A stretch of DNA of 63,177 nucleotides, the filler included, from Babesia bigemina (lineage: Eukaryota), in the NCBI RefSeq assembly GCF_000981445.1. It is 8 parts of 8 records of this genome, joined end to end, with 100 filler letters (N's around TTAATTAATTAA, not from the genome) between each part and the next. Parts side by side here need not be neighbours in the genome. Positions count along the whole stretch, not along the records: positions 16,640 to 29,939 come from NW_012237216.1; 7 more parts are not named here. One strand, given 5' to 3'. A program made the position numbers and the translations under genes. The notes beneath the pieces were generated by a model. The model saw nothing but the letters and a program-made list of their open reading frames with translations, made no database searches and was not told the origin of the DNA. Below, piece by piece: positions 20,201 through 30,039 of this stretch (position 1 is its first letter; the number at the start of each line of letters is the position of its first letter).

Positions 20201-22831
20201 ACCAGCTCTTCTCCGATGAGCCGAGCAGCAGGAATGTTGAAATCGGCATACGCAGACCTCTTCGGAAGATTGAAAACGCAGCCAGGTTTTGTGTCAGACT
20301 TTGAGAAAATCAAGCCGTCCACGGAGGCGCTTGGCACCCTACTCGAGACACTTCAAACCTCGAAGCATTTCAACAACGAGTTCAGAACCAACCTAGACGC
20401 ACTCGACACCAATGTCAATAAGATAAATCCCGCCAAGTATGGTGACGGCGATAGTCCATTGGTGCTCAATGCGTTGAGGGCCGGATTCCCCGCTTTCGTC
20501 ACTGAGATGAAGAAGGCCTACAAAAACGTGTACGAGGGAGCAGCCAGAATCGACAGGTGGACTGAACCTGTGATCTCTGACCAACCGAGGGAGGCGACTG
20601 CCGTTGTGGAGACTCCGAAAGAGAAGTTGACTCTTGATGGCCAGAATGGTGCCAAGGTATGTCTCACCGTATTTCATATCATTTATCCCGCGCTTGACGA
20701 ATTAGACGAGAAAAGTGGCAACAGCTGGCGTAGTGAGAAAATTAACAAAACTGGCAACTTGGGAGCGTTCTTCGCCGACGAAGGTTACCGAATATCCTAC
20801 TCTGAGACGGAGCAAAACGGCGAACTGGACAAGGACGTGAACGGTGGAAGGGTCAAAACACTGCTGAAAAACAAAGTCACTGGCGCCAGCGTCATGGAAC
20901 TCTTGAAGAGATGGAAGCAGGAGGAGAATAAAAAGAATGCCGTTGGACAACAGACGGATGATGCTGCGCGCACGCAAAGTAATTATATTGACACGATCGT
21001 TCTGCTTGCGTATCTCTATGAACAGCTCCGAACGTACTACGACGTATGTCACAGGCGGCACATTCCTAACCCGGTCGCACCTACGAGTGTATACCAAATG
21101 CTCATGTGGCTGAGTGGGCTGAGTCACAACGCCGTCTACACAGATCTGTCACTTAACGGCTTCGAAGGCTTATTCGAAAAGCCGGAGAAGTCTAAACAAT
21201 CAGCGCTAAAAGATGCCGACGAGGATTCGCTTGAAGAGGAGGAGGACGTGTCGTTGGATGCGTACCCGAATCCTATAACAGTCGATACCTTGTCCAGTAA
21301 TCTTCGCGATGTTTGCGGCTATGCAGAGACAGTGCTAACAGCATTGCTCGGCCATGGCCATGCTGGAGGCATATACGCCTGTGATTTCAACACCAACTCA
21401 GCCAATTTATCATACCCCAGCGACGCTAGTAAGTGTCTCGATTTACTCATGGAAATCGTCCTTAGATTGTTTCACCAACTTCACTTCTTATATAAGCAGT
21501 GCACCTACCCTATGGAGCTCGGAGGGTGGCTCAACTGCCTGTATGGCAAGGGAATCGGCGGATCGTCATGGGAGTGTAACAAGATGCAATGCGTTAACCA
21601 AAGTGCCGACCAAATAGGTAACCAAACGTGTGGTCAAACATGTGACCAACATCCCAAGTGCGGAGTAAAATCGCCACTGCAAGCCTTTTTGGAAGATGGG
21701 CTGCCCGCGTTCCTTTCGCATCCGTACAACAAGTCAGGCTGTAAGATAACATGCTCATATGCTAACCACAAAGGCATACCTTGTAAGACGCCAATTGGCC
21801 TGACGGACATATCCACTATGGCATCGCACACCAGTAGCGCTTCTCGACTTTATCGTACGCTTAAGGACTTTTGCGGCAATGCAGGGTCACCTCTCACTAA
21901 GCTGTGCGCTAACGTAACGTGTGTCCTAAGCAGGCCGCCTGAAACGCTTGGCGATATGTTCGCGTTTTACTATACTTTTATTAAAACTTGGGGTGACAGT
22001 GGCAGAAAACATAAATTAGATGCATTCAACGACGCCGTGGCTAAAGCATACTTTGATGTCCCCTATACGGAACTAAACGTCTATTCCGTGTTAAATGGTA
22101 GCCACTCATCGAAACTGGCGGGACATACTAATGGTGACCTACTTAGCCTTGTTTGTGGTACGAAGTCACCTGGCAAATGCGGTCTGTATCTGAGTTCCGT
22201 AAGCAACGACATTAGCGGCGTTTACTCCAGCAAGCATGCCGACAAGTATCTTTCGTGGATCGTGTACATCACTGAAACATTTTATGACTTGCTTAAGAAA
22301 CTTTTCGATGACTGCAACAAGCATTGCGGTGGCGATAAGCCCAAATGCCGTATTGCCAAATGTCCTTCAACATGTACTGTAACCAAACAGCCAACCAAAT
22401 CAGACCACGCTGACTCATGTAAAAGCATCGCTAACTGCAAGACCACACTTCCTACTTTGTGCAGATACGGCTTCACAATTGGAAACCCATCTAAGCTCAG
22501 CGGCAAAGATGGCGTATCGCAGAAACGCACGTGCAACGATTTCTGCAAGATGCTAGGTAACGTTGTTAAAGAAGGTAATGCCCTTCACACGTTGGCTCAT
22601 GAAATTATTCCCGAATTCCTCTTCAGAATCCGTGCCCCCTTCATCTGGCTCAACGTCGCGCTCTGGCTCCTCTCTTTCCTCTACCTCCTCCACATCATGG
22701 TCATCCGCCTCGACCTCCTACACATCAAATCGCATCTAAGATCACCATCATCACATCGTATCGCTGCCCAGTCACTACTCGCAGCTGGACGTGTTAACAA
22801 GCTTAACAGGGTGTTTTATCTGCAACCATAA
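17210..22831 (+). CDS. ves1: VESA1-family protein, near full-length 1873-aa ORF (TTG start)
   Basis: ISLGHLAGQLGGFVG, GIVYSDLDRLCDGVMGFLSG, long helical region, GHGHAGGIYACDFNTN, Cys-rich region, TM and RLDLLHIKSH tail. Confidence 0.88.
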   Translation: MKDIESKLISLGHLAGQLGGFVGESESVKKAVKKAIIAVFDINPHLKNDLKDVYSPYVTTLSESVKSADQAVDTLKISELKSQVTSQITEINMQLNKPNNVHNSLPSPSPSADSAKLHSKLEALKEVEKLCNFLTNFKTYDNNPKKLLDNLCDGLQTFLGFDPSSKGYTGQGIVYSDLDRLCDGVMGFLSGVLSNVKEHLGQHKETITTAIKSLETNKHAGKKGFNAAIVKVVAGVGRYNDGVRDSNKNIKNAIIKLQNHVSSSFVNTVKNILPEKDIDTAGAPVIQAAEKFVERKVEECEKNASAFKTSLDSQTDNITNLNSSLRDKVNSVVSSVEHERVRLSKVAAKERNIHEATTVKINEALLKCGSCINEKIQRDVEKLISDFKAAVRVIKDKLEEINKNLKNYVNELYKWMNETNSIVNRTGKNVIEIINGSVGYENQEWIKHKAKELLDWRSTIGGYVVDVTEMAKNVNDAVTELGKQFDDQNTINNIFDKIKHQVADIEGHVGESIGAGSASGADGSVQQNWDALKNKITGLLENLYTTNERDPLKLNFIGKIRKGVTAYAASFKDGDQGFEKIVGEWVTDVIKSKAVHGLLDEYVKVNKNDSYFNGMLSYRGHPALLKRVTEIVTLHVADKLKNIRPSTNFHDTPTVEGYLSYVTSYLNSFSSDITNKEKEIVDTIAEFVHLQPDVVLSDRQAGHRRYYLELAVRSTLSALASIAKQVSDQLTKLAYTHTNLGTRLKGSIANVENIGKEIADGNTLGGKIQAALDSLRSDIKKLHGQLNTATKVGVSNLAGKLDEAIAAITKRSIEVTAEGINTAFTEMYTKITDNLKGLLKALELAGNAIHGQLLTLNDKIGNSTGGRVVDGSLQDLYNRLSELQSTLEKDPLTKARAFEKHADKLREQHTKSLNQHVNNTVKQTKEELIKQARKNYVVTMQLLIEQFAERVTSDLHGLPGLIDADLEQGHKGFMRKVHEYFLLKIDDIESISPTSFTTSSSPMSRAAGMLKSAYADLFGRLKTQPGFVSDFEKIKPSTEALGTLLETLQTSKHFNNEFRTNLDALDTNVNKINPAKYGDGDSPLVLNALRAGFPAFVTEMKKAYKNVYEGAARIDRWTEPVISDQPREATAVVETPKEKLTLDGQNGAKVCLTVFHIIYPALDELDEKSGNSWRSEKINKTGNLGAFFADEGYRISYSETEQNGELDKDVNGGRVKTLLKNKVTGASVMELLKRWKQEENKKNAVGQQTDDAARTQSNYIDTIVLLAYLYEQLRTYYDVCHRRHIPNPVAPTSVYQMLMWLSGLSHNAVYTDLSLNGFEGLFEKPEKSKQSALKDADEDSLEEEEDVSLDAYPNPITVDTLSSNLRDVCGYAETVLTALLGHGHAGGIYACDFNTNSANLSYPSDASKCLDLLMEIVLRLFHQLHFLYKQCTYPMELGGWLNCLYGKGIGGSSWECNKMQCVNQSADQIGNQTCGQTCDQHPKCGVKSPLQAFLEDGLPAFLSHPYNKSGCKITCSYANHKGIPCKTPIGLTDISTMASHTSSASRLYRTLKDFCGNAGSPLTKLCANVTCVLSRPPETLGDMFAFYYTFIKTWGDSGRKHKLDAFNDAVAKAYFDVPYTELNVYSVLNGSHSSKLAGHTNGDLLSLVCGTKSPGKCGLYLSSVSNDISGVYSSKHADKYLSWIVYITETFYDLLKKLFDDCNKHCGGDKPKCRIAKCPSTCTVTKQPTKSDHADSCKSIANCKTTLPTLCRYGFTIGNPSKLSGKDGVSQKRTCNDFCKMLGNVVKEGNALHTLAHEIIPEFLFRIRAPFIWLNVALWLLSFLYLLHIMVIRLDLLHIKSHLRSPSSHRIAAQSLLAAGRVNKLNRVFYLQP

Positions 22832-22954
22832 TCGTACTCACGTGTTTACTGTCTACACTCACCTAACATCACCTACTCACCTAACTTATGAATTGTGCTT
22901 TAATCTGTTGCATCACTCATTAATCGTTGTATGGGATTGTGTTATAGTTAACTA

Positions 22955-23900
22955 AAGTGGTGACCAAGCACATGACCAACACCATGACCAACGTGCTGAC
23001 CAAACACCTGACCAATGCCATGACCAATGTGCTGACCAACGTGTTGACCAATGTGCTGACCAAAGTGGTGACCAAGGTGCTGACCAAGGTGCTGACCAAA
23101 GTGGTGACCAAGCTGCTGACCAAGGTGCTGACCAATGTGGTGACCAATGCCACGACCAACGTGCTGACCAAGGTGTTGACCAAGGTGCTGACCAATGTGA
23201 TTACCAAGGTGCTGACCAAGGTGCTGACCAAAGTGTTGACCAAAGTGCTGACCAAGGTGCTGACCAAGTTGATGGTCACGGCAGCGATGACATGGGCACG
23301 GCAGCGATGACTGGGCACGGCAGCGATGACTGGGCACGGCAGCGATGACATGGTCACGGCAGCGATGACATGGTCACGGCAGCGATGACATGGTCACGGC
23401 AGCGATGACATGGTCACGGCAGCGATGACATGGACACGGCAGCGATGACAGTGGTGACCTAAGTGGTGATTATTATCCACTCTACATCGCCCCTTTACCC
23501 ACTCTACACCGCCCCTTTATCCACTCTCCATCGCCCCTTATCCACTCCACATCGCTCCCTAACCCACTCTACATCGCTCCCTAACCCACTCTACATCGCT
23601 CCCTAATCCACTCTACATCGCCCCTTACCCACTCTACATCGCTCCTTTATCCACTCTACATCGCCCCTTGATCCACTCTACATCGCTCCCTAACCCACTC
23701 TACATCGCTCCCTAATCCACTCTACATCGCCCCTTATCCACTCTACATCGCCCCTTAACCCACTCTACATCGCCCCTTATCCACTCCACATCGCCCCTTT
23801 ATCCACTCCACATCGCCCCTTTATCCACTCTACATCGCTCCTTTATCCACTCCACATCGCTCCCTAATCCACTCTACATCGCTCCCTAATCTACTCCACG
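22955..23900 (-). repeat. Complete class-A satellite cassette: 12-bp (22955-23270), 20-bp (23272-23450), ~22-bp (23474-23900)
   Basis: Direct periodicities between two co-oriented ves genes. Confidence 0.95.
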
Positions 23901-23904
23901 TCCC

Positions 23905-23993
23905 TCGAATTACCTCGCCATAATACCGCTATGACCTCCATAAACCACAATAATAACTTGTGTTCTGTCGCCCTTCACTTCCCTTCTGACTGA
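23905..23993 (+). promoter_or_regulatory. Short-form ves leader with ORF MTSINHNNNLCSVALHFPSD* (23931-23993)
   Basis: Its TGA overlaps the GAG that begins ESIDWLIQV in another frame. Confidence 0.55.
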
Positions 23994-26900
23994 GTCCATC
24001 GACTGGTTGATCCAGGTTAGGCATGGGAATGGTGGTGACAAGGGTCTTGAGAACTTGTCTCAAGCTTTGAAAAAGTTGATTGAGGAGGCTATTGAGAAGG
24101 CTGAAAAGTCCCTTACAACCGAAAAAGAAAAGCTTTCTTGCCCCTTCAAATACTCTGATAAGGAGACTTACTGTCAGTACTACCAGTCACAGATTAAGAA
24201 AACTGAAAAACCTGAAAATGCTGGAAAATCAAGTCAAGAACTTGTCAAAGAAAATCTTAATTTAAGTGTCCTTAAAGATTGCTTAACTAAGTGTCAAGCT
24301 AAGCACAAGGACTATCCCACGTCCCAGGCTTATAAGGACATTGAGTCCAGGTTGGATCAGCTTAAAAAGCTTGAAGAAAGTCTTACTGGATTGACTAAAG
24401 AAGAGAATTGCAAAAATCTTTTAACAAATCTTTGTGACGGCCTCGAAACTTTCCTCGGCTTCGACCCGAAATCAAAAGGCTACGACGGCAGTGGCATTGT
24501 GTACTCTGACCTTGACAGGCTGTGTGACGGGGTGATGGGATTTTTGAGTGGTGTTCTTGATGCAGTGAAAGATGATCCAAGCGTTAAGACATACTATAAA
24601 GGCATGGACAAAACACTTAAAGTAATCGAGAAAAATATGCACAAAACTGGCGGATTGTCTGTGGCCGTTGAGGCTGTGAGCACGGCGCTGGGGGAGTGGG
24701 ACAATAATTTAACTAATAAAATTAATGAAACAAAAAACGCTTTTAATAATATTAAATCATCACATTTTACATATAATAATGGTTTTTGTAGAGCACTTAA
24801 TAATTTGCATGGTAGCGAGCCGAGCAATGTTGCTGGGTACCTGGGTGAGTGCATCACTCAGGCCGGTGAATTGCTGAACACTTTTAATATAGCTGAGGCG
24901 CACTATAAGGACCTAGATTCTGCATTGAGAGATAAGTTGAAAGATTATGTATTTAAAATTAAGTTGCAGGTAGAGAAGTTTCATGGAGCGGCGACGAACG
25001 AGGAGCTGAAGACGGTGGTGGAGACCGCGGAAGGAGAACTGGCTTACTTGCAATCCAATGTCAACAAGATCGTTGATAGTCGTATACGTACGTTGAAAAC
25101 CGATGTAACTAACAAAACGGTCGACCTAAAAGAAAAATTAACCGGTGTTTCCAGAAAATTGAAAGCGTATGTTAGAGAGCTATACGAGTGGAAGAGACAG
25201 ACGTGGCAATTCATTGCAGAGGCTATTAAGAATGTTGACGGGATAGTAGATAAAGGCGTGGGTTTTGAGCAGCAAGGAGATATTAAGGAGGTTGCGATGA
25301 AGTTAAGGGAATGCATGACTACGCTTGGAGTACATATCGATGGCATGAAATTTGAAGTTGCAGCGTTGGCTAATAAAGCACTCAAAGAAGTAAAATCCAT
25401 GGACGAGAAACTTAAACAGGATTTGTGGAAGGTGAAAGATGAAGTAGGGAAGAAGGTGACGGAGATTAAAACGGCGATTGGGAAGTTGTATAAGGTGGTT
25501 GAGAGTGGCACGGAAAATGGCGCAGAGGAAGTGGAGAAAGCGATGCTGAAGATTATGGAAAATATTAGAGATAGGATGAAAGAGATAACCGGCCCCGAAG
25601 GGGGGAGGGAACACAAGGGGCTTATAGGGATTGCGAAGAAGGTTGCGGAGCACACCGGTAAATTCAAATCCGACTCTCAAGGGTTCGAAAAAATTGTGAA
25701 AAGCTGGGTTGATGAAATAGTTGATCGTGAAAGTGGTTTAATTAAACATACGGTTTTAAAGTATATTAATTACAACAGAAGTTTGGGTCATTTCGGAAAT
25801 CGAGTAACTTCAGAGAGCCAACAAACAAAAGTTCTGCAAGCTTTGAAAGAACGTATCAAAACAGTGATTGCGTCCGCAATTGAATCAGCGGTAAAAGTGG
25901 ACCAGGTCACTCCCGCGAGCGATACTGGCAGTATTCAGCTGAATATCACCGCTTTATTGAAGTGTATCAATGGTTTCTCAGATGCGCTTGAGACGAAAAT
26001 CAAAAACAGCAATAATGTCGCAGAAATGCATGTGTCGGAGTTAGCAAAAAACATTGAGCAAAGTGCGAATGTGATGGATCATTACAAAGTCAACGTGACC
26101 GACAAAACCCACCTGTACGACGCGGTGAAATCAACATTGGATCAGGTGCTTGCCATGTCCAGGCAACGAGCTGCAGACCTACAATTGTTTGCCCAAAGCA
26201 CACGGAATACTGTTGGTACCATAGTAGACACTATTAGGCCCGTTGCTGAGTCGCTTCATGATAAGCTCAAAACGGCGTTAGGCAAACCCCCTAATGCCGA
26301 TCCCGTGACACAATATACTAACCACGCCGCCGACGTCGACTCCGCGATCGAGCAGGTGAAGACTACGCTTGGGGAGCAGTTGCTTAGCGAAAGTAACACC
26401 AAGCGAGATAGCCATGTGAAACTAGGTGCAAACAGCTTCAATAATTACAAGGGTTTCGTCAAGCAAGAGGGGAACGCCATCTCCGATAAACCACTAGCCG
26501 GAACCATCGATGAAGGCACCCTCCCCGCGGCGATTGGTGATATTCGAAAACATGCGTTGCAGTATGACGTTAATCCGACGTTAAGACAACTCGAAGCGCG
26601 GTCCAGAGATATCACCGATAGTATCGACAAGCTGATGAATGCCCTATCTGATAAAGGCACAGAAGTGAATAAAATTTTGTTGAAAGTGAAAGACATAAAG
26701 ATAGGAAAGGAAGTTAAAGACATTGTTAACAGGATTTTTAATCTACAACAGACATCACTGTCGCCGTTGATTAAAGAAGCGGATGAATTAATGGATTTAA
26801 TTAATGTTCAAACCGATGCTGCCATATCCGACATAAAATGCTTCCTCGGTTCCCAAGTCACCAACGCCACCCGAGCCATCCAGTCAAAGGCCAAGCATGA

Positions 26901-29556
26901 CTACTACGCTAAAATAAGTGCGATGGCTAAGCAAATGGAGAAGCAAGTTGACGAGCAAATTGGTAACATCGAAGCTCTTCTAAGTCATGACCTAGCCACA
27001 GGTGTAAAGGGTCTCTTAAAGGCGATGTACGCGGACAACGGAAAGCAGCTTAACAGCCTGAAAGAAGCAACGAATAATAAAAATCGCGAAACCTTCGGCA
27101 ATGTGTCTCAGAAGCTGAAACTTTATATAGATGCCATTCTATTTTATTTGAAATTTCAGGTGGTCTCTACTCCGCCCGATAAGCAGGGTATTACAGTCTC
27201 AAATATTAAAAACCAAACATACGTATTATTAACTCATTTAGGTAAAGAATTAAGTGCTAAAAAGTATAATTATGATAATGATTTTGTTAAATTACATTCT
27301 TCCCTCTCCACCTCCCTCCACCTCCTATCCCCCTCCCACTTCGCGAACCCCCGGCACCCGGAGCTGCTCGATGCGGTCAAGAAGGGGCTGCAGGGGTTTG
27401 TCACGGAGATGGGGAGGGTGTATGTGAACGGGTATGATAGTGAAACTTTCGGTGAATTAGTTGAATATAAAAAAGGTGATAAACAAGGAAAATTGACTTC
27501 TTATGGTAGGAAGTGTTCCAAGCTATGTCTCACCGTGCTGTCCATCCTCAATTCCGAATTCGAGACATTACTTAAATATTGTCTTTCAAGATGTAAATCT
27601 GATCGAATAAATAAGTCTAATGATCTTGGTAAATTTTTTGTCGACCAGGGTTACAATGTTTCCGAAGAGGGAATTAAACAGTGGGAGCTGCAGGACGACA
27701 AGGACATGACAGGTTTCCATATCTGCAAGCGTCTTTTCGGATATGATGACAAACACATCTTCAAAAAAGATACGTTAAATCAAGAAATAGGCCCACTTAA
27801 AAAGCTTCATGACCATCTTCAAATATATTACAGGGTTGGTCACATTGCGACTTCAACCTCCAAAAGGAGACCATGTAACATATTCGAAATGCTCTGTTGG
27901 TTGTCAGGGTTGCCTTGTAATTACGTTTTTGACGGGGTGTTACATGAGGCTGTGAGTGAATTATTCGTCGATCCAAGGAAGCAACCTACGGACGACGACG
28001 AAATCCCTGTTACAGTTGTAAGCGACGAACTACCAGCGTATCCAGAGCCGATTGAGCTGGTCGATACTCAGCGAGCTGTAAAGCGACTGTGTTCTAAATC
28101 GTACGACGTTTTGATTAAAATAGTAGGTTACGGCGATGCCTATAACATGTACGCCGTCGACTTCTGCGACAACTCGAGTAATTTACATTACCCTGCCGAT
28201 GCTACCAGTTGCCTCGAATTATTGGTCGACATCCTACGTAGGTTGCTGCCAGTGTTCAGATTCTTGCATAGCCGATGTGAGCTTGAAACTGAGCATCACG
28301 GCTGGGCTAAATGCCTCTACGGCAGAGACATATTGACAGGTAAATCGCAATGTAATAAGCATCCAGCCGACAAGCAAACCGACTGCCTGCCCAGATCACC
28401 TCTTCAATCATACCTATCCGACTCGCTCCCTGGTCACCTTCCTCACAACCTGACTGCCATGGGATGCAAATCCGTGTGCAGCAACTGCCCCAAGAGCCTG
28501 CCTGGACAGCCATGTCTGACACCACTTGGCTTCAGAGGTTTCACGGGAAGCACGAAGACAGGTAAAGAGCTCGGTAACGTGCTTGGCAAATTCTTCAACA
28601 AAACATATATCACATCGCTGCTCTGTCTGCTGCCCAAGCCACCATCTACATTGCCAGAACACTTCCAGTTTGCGATATCGTTTGCCAATATGCTCAATAA
28701 TAATAAGGGCTCTCGTACAAATGAGGTCAAAGCAGCCTTCGACACATCTACCAAGGAGGAGTCCATCGATCTATATAAGGAGCCGGACAAACTCACAACT
28801 GCGCTTCAAAATGCATATTGCAACCAAACAAGCCACAACAGCTCACGCCATTCGAAATTCACGGAAGTCGATTTGTCTACGCTTTCGGCAGACGCAACGT
28901 GTATTTATGCAAGCAGCGATAAGCTTCATTGCGCTCCGTACCTTAAATCATTATGCGACGACTCCTATACTTACCTTGCCGAGAGGCATTCCAAGCTATA
29001 TCTCTCATGGGCCCTATATCTACCATGGACGCTGCATAAATATTTAAAATCATTGCTAGACGCTTTCAGCAATATATCTTGCCGGGACTGGGGATGCCGG
29101 CGCTGTATGCACGGCACCAAATGTACTCTGGGTAAGCACGGAGTCGAGAACTGCCAATGTAAAGGACTCGTTGAATGCCGCGGTGTAACTAGTACATTTT
29201 ACAGTTACGGATTTAGATTTAGTAATGCAATGAAATTGATGGAGATCAACGAAATGAAATATTGTCATCATTTCTACATACAATTGAAAAATATAATAGA
29301 TTCAAATTACTTCATTGCATTGTTCAAGGAGTGTGACAACTTCCTGTGGATCATCAGACAACCCTTCATTTGGCTCAACGTCGCCCTCTGGCTCCTCTCC
29401 TTCCTCTACCTCCTCCACATCATGGTCATCCGCCTCGACCTCCTACACATCAAATCGCATCTAAGATCACCATCATCACATCGTATCGCTGCCCAGTCAC
29501 TACTCGCAGCTGGACGTGTTAACAAGCTTAACAGGGTGTTTTATCTGCAACCATAA
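23944..29556 (+). CDS. ves1: VESA1-family protein, near full-length (~1850 aa; frame open from 23944, first in-frame ATG only at DGVMGF)
   Basis: ESIDWLIQV, GIVYSDLDRLCD, FANPRHPELLDAV, GYGDAYNMYAVDFC subtype, TM and tail. Confidence 0.88.
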   Translation, partial: TTIITCVLSPFTSLLTESIDWLIQVRHGNGGDKGLENLSQALKKLIEEAIEKAEKSLTTEKEKLSCPFKYSDKETYCQYYQSQIKKTEKPENAGKSSQELVKENLNLSVLKDCLTKCQAKHKDYPTSQAYKDIESRLDQLKKLEESLTGLTKEENCKNLLTNLCDGLETFLGFDPKSKGYDGSGIVYSDLDRLCDGVMGFLSGVLDAVKDDPSVKTYYKGMDKTLKVIEKNMHKTGGLSVAVEAVSTALGEWDNNLTNKINETKNAFNNIKSSHFTYNNGFCRALNNLHGSEPSNVAGYLGECITQAGELLNTFNIAEAHYKDLDSALRDKLKDYVFKIKLQVEKFHGAATNEELKTVVETAEGELAYLQSNVNKIVDSRIRTLKTDVTNKTVDLKEKLTGVSRKLKAYVRELYEWKRQTWQFIAEAIKNVDGIVDKGVGFEQQGDIKEVAMKLRECMTTLGVHIDGMKFEVAALANKALKEVKSMDEKLKQDLWKVKDEVGKKVTEIKTAIGKLYKVVESGTENGAEEVEKAMLKIMENIRDRMKEITGPEGGREHKGLIGIAKKVAEHTGKFKSDSQGFEKIVKSWVDEIVDRESGLIKHTVLKYINYNRSLGHFGNRVTSESQQTKVLQALKERIKTVIASAIESAVKVDQVTPASDTGSIQLNITALLKCINGFSDALETKIKNSNNVAEMHVSELAKNIEQSANVMDHYKVNVTDKTHLYDAVKSTLDQVLAMSRQRAADLQLFAQSTRNTVGTIVDTIRPVAESLHDKLKTALGKPPNADPVTQYTNHAADVDSAIEQVKTTLGEQLLSESNTKRDSHVKLGANSFNNYKGFVKQEGNAISDKPLAGTIDEGTLPAAIGDIRKHALQYDVNPTLRQLEARSRDITDSIDKLMNALSDKGTEVNKILLKVKDIKIGKEVKDIVNRIFNLQQTSLSPLIKEADELMDLINVQTDAAISDIKCFLGSQVTNATRAIQSKAKHDYYAKISAMAKQMEKQVDEQIGNIEALLSHDLATGVKGLLKAMYADNGKQLNSLKEATNNKNRETFGNVSQKLKLYIDAILFYLKFQVVSTPPDKQGITVSNIKNQTYVLLTHLGKELSAKKYNYDNDFVKLHSSLSTSLHLLSPSHFANPRHPELLDAVKKGLQGFVTEMGRVYVNGYDSETFGELVEYKKGDKQGKLTSYGRKCSKLCLTVLSILNSEFETLLKYCLSRCKSDRINKSNDLGKFFVDQGYNVSEEGIKQWELQDDKDMTGFHICKRLFGYDDKHIFKKDTLNQEIGPLKKLHDHLQIYYRVGHIATSTSKRRPCNIFEMLCWLSGLPCNYVFDGVLHEAVSELFVDPRKQPTDDDEIPVTVVSDELPAYPEPIELVDTQRAVKRLCSKSYDVLIKIVGYGDAYNMYAVDFCDNSSNLHYPADATSCLELLVDILRRLLPVFRFLHSRCELETEHHGWAKCLYGRDILTGKSQCNKHPADKQTDCLPRSPLQSYLSDSLPGHLPHNLTAMGCKSVCSNCPKSLPGQPCLTPLGFRGFTGSTKTGKELGNVLGKFFNKTYITSLLCLLPKPPSTLPEHFQFAISFANMLNNNKGSRTNEVKAAFDTSTKEESIDLYKEPDKLTTALQNAYCNQTSHNSSRHSKFTEVDLSTLSADATCIYASSDKLHCAPYLKSLCDDSYTYLAERHSKLYLSWALYLPWTLHKYLKSLLDAFSNISCRDWGCRRCMHGTKCTLGKHGVENCQCKGLVECRGVTSTFYSYGFRFSNAMKLMEINEMKYCHHFYIQLKNIIDSNYFIALFKECDNFLWIIRQPFIWLNVALWLLSFLYLLHIMVIRLDLLHIKSHLRSPSSHRIAAQSLLAAGRVNKLNRVFYLQP

Positions 29557-29679
29557 TCGTACTCACGTGTTTACTATCTACACTCACCTAGCATCACCTA
29601 CTCACCTAACTTATGAATTGTGCTTTAATTTGTTGTATCACTCATTAACCGTTGTATGTGATTGTGTAGTAGTTAACTA

Positions 29680-29939
29680 AAGTGGTGACCAATGCCATCA
29701 CCTAAGTGCTGACCAACGTGTTGACCAAAGCCATGACCAACGTGCTGACCAAAGTGCTGACCAAGGTGCTGACCAAGTTGATGGTCACGGCAGCGATGAC
29801 ATGGGCACGGCAGCGATGACTGGGCACGGCAGCGATGACTGGGCACGGCAGCGATGACATGGACACGGCAGCGATGACATGGTCACGGCAGCGATGACAT
29901 GGTTACGGCAGCGATGACATGGTTACGGCAGCGATGACA
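29680..29939 (-). repeat. 12-bp array (29680-29780) then 20-bp array running into gap
   Basis: Direct periodicity. Confidence 0.93.
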
Positions 29940-30039
29940 NNNNNNNNNNNNNNNNNNNNNNNNNNNNNNNNNNNNNNNNNNNNTTAATTAATTAANNNNN
30001 NNNNNNNNNNNNNNNNNNNNNNNNNNNNNNNNNNNNNNN
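29940..30039. other. Artificial contig linker
   Basis: N44-TTAATTAATTAA-N44. Confidence 0.99.

Noticed and set aside
25044..25680. Many 60-210 aa antisense or alternate-frame ORFs inside ves genes
   Set aside because: They are shadow ORFs of long coding frames with no independent motifs.
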